A DNA stretch of 17,332 bases, taken from assembly GCF_006345805.1 (NCBI RefSeq), contig NW_021824880.1, positions 1 through 17,332 on the forward strand, written 5' to 3'. The translations under genes were made by a program, and so were the position numbers. This stretch comes from Octopus sinensis. Its lineage: Eukaryota. Within the stretch, counting starts at the first letter, position 1, and every line of letters begins with the position of its first letter. The notes under the pieces are model-generated. The model was not told the DNA's origin and searched no databases. It saw only the letters and a list, made by a program, of their open reading frames with translations. Shown in pieces: positions 7,799-17,332 of this stretch.

Positions 7799-10700
7799 GA
7801 AGTTTTGGGAGACCACATCATGTGAGTCGAGGACTTTCTTGTCGTTCATTTTAACAAAAACGCAGAAAATATTTTTTTTAATTTTTGGGCTTGAAGGTTT
7901 TGGGGGACCACATCATGTGAGTCGAGGACTTTCTTGTTGTTCATTTTAACAAAAACGCAGAAAATAATTTTTTTAATTTTTTACCTTGAAGGTTTTGGGG
8001 GACCACATCATGTGAGTCGAGGACTTTCTTGTCGTTCATTTTAACAAAAACGCAGAAAATATTTTTTTAATTTTTGGCTTGAAGGTTTTGGGGGACCACA
8101 TCATGTGAGTCGAGGACTTTCTTGTTGTTCATTTTAACAAAACGCAGAAAAAATTTTTTTTAATTTTTTACCTTGAAGGTTTTGGGGGACCACATCATGT
8201 GAGTCGAGGACTTTCTTGTTGTTCTTTTAACAAAACGCAGAAAATAATTTTTTTAATTTTTTAGCTTGAAGGTTTTGGGGACCACATCATGTGAGTCGAG
8301 GACTTTCTTGTCGTTCATTTTAACAAAAACGCAGAAAATATTTTTTTTAATTTTTGGCTTGAAGGTTTTGGGGGACCACATCATGTGAGTCGAGGACTTT
8401 CTTGTTGTTCATTTTTAAAAAACGCAGAAAATAATTTTTTTAATTTTTTACCTTGAAGGTTTTGGGGGACCACATCATGTGAGTCGAGGACTTTCTTGTT
8501 GTTTATTTTAACAAAAACGCAGAAAATAATTTTTTTTAATTTTTTGGCTTGAAGATTTTGAGGGACCACATCATGTGAGTCGAGGACTTTCTTGTTGTTC
8601 ATTTTAACAAAAACGCAGAAAATAATTTTTTTTAATTTTTTGGCTTGAAGGTTTTGGGGGACCACATCATGTGAGTCGAGGACTTTCTTGTTGTTTATTT
8701 TAACAAAAACGCAGAAAATAATTTTTTTAATTTTTTGGTTTGAAAGTTTTGGGGGACCACATCATGTGAGTCGAGGACTTTCTTGTTGTTCATTTTAACA
8801 AAAACGCAGAAAATAATTTTTTTAATTTTTTAGCTTGAAGGTTTTGGGGGACCACATCATGTGAGTCGAGGACTTTCTTGTTGTTCATTTTAACAAAAAC
8901 GCAGAAAATAATTTTTTAATTTTTTACCTTGAAGGTTTTGGGGGACCACATCATGTGAGTCGAGGACTTTCTTGTTGTTCATTTTAACAAAACGCAGAAA
9001 ATAATTTTTTTAATTTTTACCTTGAAGGTTTTGGGGGACCACATCATGTGAGTCGAGGACTTTCTTGTTGTTCATTTTAACAAAAACGCAGAAAATAATT
9101 TTTTTAATTTTTTAGCTTGAAGGTTTTGGGGACCACATCATGTGAGTCGAGGACTTTCTTGTTGTTCATTTTAACAAAAACGCAGAAAATAATTTTTTTT
9201 AATTTTTTGGCTTGAAGGTTTTGGGGGACCACATCATGTGAGTCGAAGACTTTCTTGTTGTTCATTTTAACAAAACGCAGAAAATAATTTTTTTAATTTT
9301 TTACCTTGAAGGTTTTGGGGGACCACATCATGTGAGTCGAGGACTTTCTTGTTGTTCATTTTAACAAAAACGCAGAAAATAATTTTTTAATTTTTTACCT
9401 TGAAGGTTTTGGGGGACCACATCATGTGAGTCGAGGACTTTCTTGTTGTTCATTTTAACAAAACGCAGAAAATAATTTTTTAATTTTTTAGCTTGAAGGT
9501 TTTGGGGGACCACATCATGTGAGTCGAAGACTTTCTTGTTGTTCATTTTAACAAAAACGCAGAAAATAATTTTTTTATTTTTTTTGCTTGAAGGTTTGGG
9601 GGACCACATCATGTGAGTCGAGGACTTTCTTGTTGTTCATTTTAACAAAAACGCAGAAAATAATTTTTTTTAATTTTTTTGCTTGAAGGTTTTGGGGGAC
9701 CACATCATGTGAGTCGAGGACTTTCTTGTTGTTCATTTTAACAAAAACGCAGAAAATAATTTTTTTAATTTTTTAGCTTGAAGGTTTTGGGGACCACATC
9801 ATGTGAGTCGAGGACTTTCTTGTCGTTCATTTTAACAAAAACGCAGAAAATATTTTTTTTTAATTTTTGGCTTGAAGGTTTTGGGGGACCACATCATGTG
9901 AGTCGAGGACTTTCTTGTTGTTGTTCATTTTAACAAAACGCAGAAAATAATTTTTTTTAATTTTTTGGCTTGAAGGTTTGGGGGACCACATCATGTGAGT
10001 CGAAGACTTTCTTGTTGTTCATTTTAACAAAAACGCAGAAAATAATTTTTTTAATTTTTTAGCTTGAAGGTTTGGGGGACCACATCATGTGAGTCGAAGA
10101 CTTTCTTGTTGTTCATTTTAACAAAAACGCAGAAAATAATTTTTTTATTTTTTGGCTTGAAGGTTTTGGGGGACCACATCATGTGAGTCGAGGACTTTCT
10201 TGTTGTTCATTTTAACAAAAACGCAGAAAATAATTTTTTTAATTTTTTGCTTGAAGGTTTTGGGGGACCACATCATGTGAGTCGAGGACTTTCTTGTTGT
10301 TCATTTTAACAAAAACGCAGAAAATTTTTTTAATTTTTTAGCTTGAAGGTTTTGGGGGACCACATCATGTGAGTCGAGGACTTTCTTGTCGTTCATTTTA
10401 ACAAAAACGCAGAAAATATTTTTTTAATTTTTGGGCTTGAAGGTTTTGGGGGACCACATCATGTGAGTCGAGGACTTTCTTGTTGTTCATTTTAACAAAA
10501 ACGCAGAAAATATTTTTTTTAATTTTTTGGCTTGAAGGTTTTGGGGGACCACATCATGTGAGTCGAGGACTTTCTTGTTGTTTATTTTAACAAAAACGCA
10601 GAAATAATTTTTTTAATTTTTTGGCTTGAAGTTTTGGGGGACCACATCATGTGAGTCGAGGACTTTCTTGTTGTTCATTTTAACAAAAACGCAGAAAATA

Positions 10701-13700
10701 ATTTTTTTAATTTTTTACCTTGAAGGTTTTGGGGGACCACATCATGTGAGTCGAGGACTTTCTTGTTGTTCATTTTAACAAAAACGCAGAAAATAATTTT
10801 TTTATTTTTTTAGCTTGAAGGTTTTGGGGGACCACATCATGTGAGTCGAGGACTTCTTGTTGTTCATTTTAACAAAAACGCAGAAAATAATTTTTTTAAT
10901 TTTTTGGCTTGAAGGTTTTGGGGGACCACATCATGTGAGTCGAAGACTTTCTTGTTGTTCATTTTAACAAAAACGCAGAAAATAATTTTTTTTAATTTTT
11001 TACTTGAAGGTTTTGGGGGACCACATCATGTGAGTCGAGGACTTTCTTGTTGTTCATTTTAACAAAAACGCAGAAAATAATTTTTTTAATTTTTAGCTTG
11101 AAGGTTTTGGGGACCACATCATGTGAGTCGAGGACTTTCTTGTTGTTCATTTTAACAAAAACGCAGAAAATAATTTTTTAATTTTTTACCTTGAAGGTTT
11201 TGGGGGACCACATCATGTGAGTCGAGGACTTTCTTGTTGTTCATTTTAACAAAAACGCAGAAAATAATTTTTTAATTTTTTACCTTGAAGGTTTTGGGGG
11301 ACCACATCATGTGAGTCGAGGACTTTCTTGTTGTTCATTTTAACAAAAACGCAGAAAATAATTTTTTTAATTTTTTAGCTTGAAGGTTTTGGGGACCACA
11401 TCATGTGAGTCGAGGACTTTCTTGTTGTTCATTTTAACAAAAACGCAGAAAATAATTTTTTTTAATTTTTTGGCTTGAAGGTTTTGGGGGACCACATCAT
11501 GTGAGTCGAAGACTTTCTTGTTGTTCATTTTAACAAAAACGCAGAAAATAATTTTTTTAATTTTTTACCTTGAAGGTTTTGGGGGACCACATCATGTGAG
11601 TCGAGGACTTTCTTGTTGTTCATTTTAACAAAAACGCAGAAAAAATTTTTTTTAATTTTTGGGCTTGAAGGTTTTGGGGGACCACATCATGTGAGTCGAG
11701 GACTTTCTTGTTGTTCATTTTAACAAAAACGCAGAAAATAATTTTTTTAATTTTTTACTTGAAGGTTTTGGGGGACCACATCATGTGAGTCGAGGACTTT
11801 CTTGTTGTTCATTTTAACAAAAACGCAGAAAATAATTTTTTTTAATTTTTTGGCTTGAAGTTTTGAGGGACCACATCATGTGAGTCGAGGACTTTCTTGT
11901 TGTTCATTTTAACAAAAACGCAGAAATAATTTTTTTAATTTTTTGGCTTGAAGTTTTGGGGGACCACATCATGTAAGTCGAGGACTTTCTTGTTGTTTAT
12001 TTTAACAAAAACGCAGAAAATAATTTTTTTAATTTTTTGGTTGAAAGTTTTGGGGGACCACATCATGTGAGTCGAGGACTTTCTTGTTGTTCATTTTAAC
12101 AAAAACGCAGAAAATAATTTTTTTAATTTTTTACCTTGAAGGTTTTGGGGACCACATCATGTGAGTCGAGGACTTTCTTGTTGTTCATTTTAACAAAAAC
12201 GCAGAAATAATTTTTTTAATTTTTTACCTTGAAGGTTTTGGGGGACCACATCATGTGAGTCGAGGACTTTCTTGTTGTTCATTTTAACAAAAACGCAGAA
12301 AATAATTTTTTAATTTTTTAGCTTGAAGGTTTTGGGGGACCACATCATGTGAGTCGAGGACTTTCTTGTTGTTCATTTTAACAAAACGCAGAAAATAATT
12401 TTTTTAATTTTTTACCTTGAAGGTTTTGGGGGACCACATCATGTGAGTCGAGGACTTTCTTGTTTTCATTTTAACAAACGCAAAAAATTTTTTTAATTTT
12501 AACCAAAAAACGCAGAAAATAATTTTTTTAATTTTTTACCTTGAAGGTTTTGGGGGACCACATCATGTGAGTCGAGGACTTTCTTGTTGTTCATTTTAAC
12601 AAAACGCAGAAAATAATTTTTTAATTTTTTAGCTTGAAGGTTTTGGGGGACCACATCATGTGAGTCGAGGACTTTCTTGTTGTTCATTTTAACAAAAACG
12701 CAGAAAATAATTTTTTTTAATTTTTTGGCTTGAAGGTTTTGGGGGACCACATCATGTGAGTCGAAGACTTTCTTGTTGTTCATTTTAACAAAACGCAGAA
12801 AATAATTTTTTTAATTTTTTACCTTGAAGGTTTTGGGGGACCACATCATGTGAGTCGAGGACTTTCTTGTTGTTCATTTTAACAAAAACGCAGAAAATAA
12901 TTTTTTTAATTTTTTACCTTGAAGGTTTTGGGGACCACATCATGTGAGTCGAGGACTTTCTTGTTGTTCATTTAACAAAAACGCAGAAAATAATTTTTTT
13001 AATTTTTTAGCTTGAAGGTTTTGGGGACCACATCATGTGAGTCGAGGACTTTCTTGTTGTTCATTTTAACAAAAACGCAGAAAATAATTTTTTTAATTTT
13101 TTGGCTTGAAGGTTTTGGGGGACCACATCATGTGAGTCGAGGACTTTCTTGTTGTTCATTTTAACAAAACGCAGAAAATAATTTTTTTAATTTTTTGGCT
13201 TGAAGGTTTTGGGGACCACATCATGTGAGTCGAGGACTTTCTTGTTGTTCATTTTAACAAAAACGCAGAAAATAATTTTTTTAATTTTTGGCTTGAAGGT
13301 TTGGGGGACCACATCATGTGAGTCGAGGACTTTCTTGTTGTTCATTTTAACAAAAACGCAGAAAATATTTTTTTTTAATTTTTTGGCTTGAAGGTTTGGG
13401 GGACCACATCATGTGAGTCGAGGACTTTCTTGTTGTTCATTTAACAAAAACGCAGAAAATAATTTTTTTAATTTTTTGGCTTGAAGGTTTTGGGGACCAC
13501 ATCATGTGAGTCGAGGACTTTCTTGTTGTTCATTTTAACAAAACGCAGAAAATAATTTTTTTTAATTTTTTGGCTTGAAGGTTTTGGGCCACATCATGTG
13601 AGTCGAGGACTTTCTTGTTGTTCATTTTAACAAAAACGCAGAAAATAATTTTTTTTAATTTTTTAGCTTGAAGGTTTTGGGGACCACATCATGTGAGTCG

Positions 13701-16249
13701 AGGACTTTCTTGTTGTTTATTTTAACAAAAACGCAGAAAATAATTTTTTTTAATTTTTTTGGCTTGAAGGTTTTGGGGGACCACATCATGTGAGTCGAGG
13801 ACTTTCTTGTTGTTCATTTTAACAAAAACGCAGAAAATAATTTTTTTAATTTTTTGGCTTGAAGGTTTTGGGGGACCACATCATGTGAGTCGAGGACTTT
13901 CTTGTTGTTCATTTTAACAAAAACGCAGAAAATAATTTTTTTTAATTTTTTGGCTTGAAGGTTTTGGGGGACCACATCATGTGAGTCGAGGACTTTCTTG
14001 TTGTTCATTTTAACAAAAACGCAGAAAATAATTTTTTTAATTTTTTACCTTGAAGGTTTTGGGGGACCACATCATGTGAGTCGAGGACTTTCTTGTTGTT
14101 CATTTTAACAAAAACGCAGAAAATAATTTTTTTATTTTTTCCTTGAAGGTTTTGGGGGACCACATCATGTGAGTCGAGGACTTTCTTGTTGTTCATTTTA
14201 ACAAAAACGCAGAAATAATTTTTTTAATTTTTTTGGCTTGAAGGTTTTGGGGGACCACATCATGTGAGTCGAGGACTTTCTTGTTGTTCATTTTAACAAA
14301 AACGCAGAAAATAATTTTTTTTAATTTTTTGGCTTGAAGGTTTGGGGGACCACATCATGTGAGTCGAGGACTTTCTTGTTGTTCATTTTAACAAAAACGC
14401 AGAAAATAATTTTTTTTAATTTTTTGCTTGAAGGTTTTGGGGGACCACATCATGTGAGTCGAGGACTTTCTTGTTGTTCATTTTAACAAAAACGCAGAAA
14501 ATAATTTTTTTAATTTTTTGGCTTGAAGGTTTTGGGGGACCACATCATGTGAGTCGAGGACTTTCTTGTTGTTCATTTTAACAAAAACGCAGAAAATAAT
14601 TTTTTTTAATTTTTTGGCTTGAAGGTTTTGGGGACCACATCATGTGAGTCGAGGACTTTCTTGTTGTTCATTTTAACAAAAACGCAGAAAATAATTTTTT
14701 TAATTTTTACCTTGAAGGTTTTGGGGGACCACATCATGTGAGTCGAGGACTTTCTTGTTGTTCATTTTAACAAAAACGCAGAAAATAATTTTTTTAATTT
14801 TTTACCTTGAAGGTTTTGGGGGACCACATCATGTGAGTCGAGGACTTTCTTGTGTTGTTCATTTTAACAAAACGCAGAAAATAATTTTTTTAATTTTTTA
14901 CCTTGAAGGTTTTGGGGGACCACATCATGTGAGTCGAGGACTTTCTTGTTGTTCATTTTAACAAAAACGCAGAAAATAATTTTTTTAATTTTTTACCTTG
15001 AAGGTTTTGGGGGACACATCATGTGAGTCGAGGACTTTCTTGTTGTTCATTTTAACAAAAACGCAGAAAATAATTTTTTTTAATTTTTTTTGCTTGAAGG
15101 TTTTGGGGGACCACATCATGTGAGTCGAGGACTTTCTTGTTGTTCATTTTAACAAAAACGCAGAAAATAATTTTTTTAATTTTTTTGCTTGAAGGTTTTG
15201 GGGGACCACATCATGTGAGTCGAGGACTTTCTTGTTGTTCATTTTAACAAAAACGCAGAAAATAATTTTTTTTAATTTTTTGGCTTGAAGGTTTTGGGGG
15301 ACCACATCATGTGAGTCGAGGACTTTCTTGTTGTTCATTTTAACAAAAACGCAGAAAATAATTTTTTTTAATTTTTGGCTTGAAGGTTTTGGGGGACCAC
15401 ATCATGTGAGTCGAGGACTTTCTTGTTGTTCATTTTAACAAAAACGCAGAAAATAATTTTTTTAATTTTTTGGCTTGAAGGTTTTGGGGACCACATCATG
15501 TGAGTCGAGGACTTTCTTGTTGTTCATTTTAACAAAAACGAAAAATAATTTTTTTAATTTTTTACCTTGAAGGTTTTGGGGGACCACATCATGTGAGTCG
15601 AGGACTTTCTTGTTGTTCATTTTAACAAAAACGCAGAAAATAATTTTTTTAATTTTTTACCTTGAAGGTTTTGGGGGACCACATCATGTGAGTCGAGGAC
15701 TTTCTTGTTGTTCATTTTAACAAAAACGCAGAAAATAATTTTTTTTAATTTTTTTGCTTGAAGGTTTTGGGGACCACATCATGTGAGTCGAGGACTTTCT
15801 TGTTGTTCATTTTAACAAAAACGCAGAAAATAATTTTTTTTAATTTTTTGGCTTGAAGGTTTTGGGGGACCACATCATGTGAGTCGAGGACTTTCTTGTT
15901 GTTCATTTTACAAAAAACGCAGAAAATAATTTTTTTATTTTTTGGCTTGAAGGTTTTGGGGGACCACATCATGTGAGTCGAGGACTTTCTTGTTGTTCAT
16001 TTTAACAAAAACGCAGAAAATAATTTTTTTTAATTTTTTGGCTTGAAGGTTTGGGGGACCACATCATGTGAGTCGAGGACTTTCTTGTTGTTCATTTTAA
16101 CAAAAACGCAGAAAATAATTTTTTTTAATTTTTTTGGCTTGAAGGTTTTGGGGGACCACATCATGTGAGTCGAGGACTTTCTTGTTGTTCATTTTAACAA
16201 AAACGCAGAAAATTGACTTGAAGGTTTTGGGGGACCTCATCATCGAGGA
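7796..16249. repeat. ~95-bp satellite array, right segment (~8.45 kb, roughly 89 units)
   Basis: Same unit and orientation as 3161-3936. Variation is mainly homopolymer length plus a few recurrent substitutions. Copy number is estimated as length divided by 95. Confidence 0.98.
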
Positions 16250-16388
16250 TATTCTTTCTTATTAAAATTTTTTGACAGGAAGGTTCTTAGAGGATATCAA
16301 CCTTTTATTGTGCCTCATTATCGAATAACTACAAAAGGGAAGGTTTTGACAATTTGATCTGGTTTGTAACAATTTGAATGTGGGTGTG

Positions 16389-16432
16389 CACAGACAGACA
16401 GACAGACACACAGACAGACAGACAGACACACA
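16389..16432. repeat. Compound (CAGA)n/(CA)n microsatellite
   Basis: CACAGACAGACAGACAGACA repeated twice exactly (16389-16408, 16409-16428), then CACA. Confidence 0.95.
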
Positions 16433-16454
16433 CCATACCATTTTATTATTAAGA

Positions 16455-16926
16455 AATATTAAAATTTGAGACTACACATTAATATAATTTTGAAACATGA
16501 AATAGAGGTTAAAAAAAATTTGGAGAAGAGAATTTCGGAAAGCGATCTAACGAAAATTATTAATATGGAAGACAAAAATATCTCTCCTGAAGATTATTCA
16601 TTCTTTCAAAACTGTCAGCCATCCTCAGCATCTGTCGAACGATGCTTTTCGCAATTCAGGAGTTTCTTGAGGTCAAATAGAAACTTTAGTACTCAAAATC
16701 TGGAAAATTACGTTATGTCAATTTTCAATAAATAGTTCTTAAAATAAGTTTTGTCTTTTAGTGTCTCGTATAAAAGTTTAAACTAAGAACTTTACAAGTT
16801 TAAGTTGAGAAAAAATAAGTTAATCTTTTTAATTTTAAAGTTAAAAATTTTGGTTTATAGGTTAATAAAGTTAACTTTTTAAGGTTAATTTTTTTCAATT
16901 TTTAAGGTTAAAAAATGTTCGCCCTA
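16455..16926 (+). mobile_element. 3' end of a second, unrelated hAT-like DNA transposon (5' part absent)
   Basis: Transposase C-terminal fragment, then AT-rich subterminal A(A/G)GTTAA repeats (about 16818-16912) and a candidate TIR ending AAAAATGTTCGCCCTA at 16911-16926 (TAGGGCGAACATTTTT on the - strand, a hAT-like TAGGG start). The partner TIR was not found. Confidence 0.65.
16466..16735 (+). pseudogene. C-terminal fragment of a hAT-like transposase
   Basis: CQPSSASVERCFSQFRSFLRSNRNFSTQNLENY matches the hAT C-terminal S-x-x-V-E-R-x-F-S motif carrying the catalytic Glu. TTG start and no N-terminal domains, so it is a fragment. Confidence 0.72.
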
Positions 16927-17172
16927 GTCATTAATACTAGTTTGACTATTCCCCTGACGTTGTGAGAGTGGTATATGTCTTAGGTTGGAATATTTGGAGT
17001 TCTACAAGGACGTGGTCAGGATGGTCCCCGATATGTACAATCTGGTGGTGGTCAGGCATTTGTTTGTTTATGTCGGCAATACTTTGACTGACTGTGAGTC
17101 ATTTCTGCCAAACAATGTTACATTTGAGGAAGCGGACATTTCTGAAGATAGGAAGGTTATTGCTCTCAAAAT

Positions 17173-17332
17173 CAATTATCAAACAAACATTTCTACTCCA
17201 ATTACAATGTAAATCCGTTGGACGAAGAAATAAGAAGTAATAGATGGGGCTTATTCGGTCACATCCTACGAATGGACAGGAAAACTCCCGCAAATCTCGC
17301 AATGGAACACCACTACGCTCCTCATCCGGAAA
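17173..17332 (+). pseudogene. RTE-like non-LTR ORF C-terminal fragment, running off the window
   Basis: A frame absent from the ORF track reads QLSNKHFYSNYNVNPLDEEIRSNRWGLFGHILRMDRKTPANLAMEHHYAPHPE, containing the RTE-type ISN-xx-LY...RW-x-LFGHILR motif. Confidence 0.8.

Larger units (their letters stand above)
3141..16454 (-). mobile_element. Putative non-autonomous Helitron-like element with a hugely expanded central tandem repeat (left boundary uncertain)
   Basis: From 16454 the - strand reads TC-TTAATAATAAAATGG...(GTCT)n, the layout of many invertebrate non-autonomous Helitron 5' ends. Then come ~140 bp of unique/degenerate sequence, the tandem array, and a short GC hairpin GCCTCGTGAGGC (3151-3162) followed by TTAG. 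The 3' end is not a canonical CTRR, the base before TC is T rather than A, and no TSD or Rep/helicase is seen. Confidence 0.5.

Noticed and set aside
7951-8010. Spliced repeat protein (KIIFLIFWLEGFGGPHH)n from 51-nt pseudo-exons
   Set aside because: It works only for exact 95-bp units; the common TTTTAGC variant puts TAG in frame and length variants shift the frame.
3340-15972. Repetitive ORFs such as MNNKKVLDSHDVVPQNLQAKK on both strands
   Set aside because: They are translations of the satellite; frames open and close with homopolymer length (94-96-bp units).
7796-16249. CRISPR array
   Set aside because: Units are near-identical along their whole length with no unique spacers, no cas genes are present, and the context is eukaryotic transposons.
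3161-16249. Telomeric repeat, from the TTTTGGGG-like motif in each unit
   Set aside because: It occurs once per 95-bp unit rather than as a tandem short repeat, and the array has non-telomeric sequence on both sides.
16985-17302. ORFs 16985-17212 (+) and 17099-17302 (-) as genes
   Set aside because: No recognisable domains; the convincing coding signal is the RTE-like frame from 17173. The stretch 16935-17170 remains unassigned.

Overview
AT-rich eukaryotic repeat region with no recognisable host gene; it reads as a stack of nested mobile elements. (1) A full-length Buster-type hAT DNA transposon (109-2259, - strand) has perfect 16-bp TIRs and a perfect 8-bp TSD. It sits inside a decayed RTE-like reverse-transcriptase remnant. 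(2) A ~95-bp tandem satellite (about 8 units at 3161-3936 and roughly 89 at 7796-16249) ends in degenerate units, a (CAGA)n microsatellite and a Helitron-like terminus, suggesting the expanded central repeat of a non-autonomous Helitron. (3) A near-complete 3.86-kb two-ORF non-LTR retrotransposon (gag-like CCHC ORF1 plus APE-RT ORF2, Jockey/I-group-like) is inserted into one satellite unit. It has a 13-14-bp TSD, a structured 3' UTR and a TATTC/TTC tail that overlaps the target. (4) The window ends with the 3' end of a second hAT-like element and an RTE-like C-terminal fragment. The best candidate for something new is a possibly satellite-targeted LINE whose ORF1 tail carries LC8-type QT motifs and an AT-hook-like motif; this is a hypothesis from one copy. 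Many frameshifts look like single-base indels and may be long-read errors. All family assignments come from motif recognition, not database searches.
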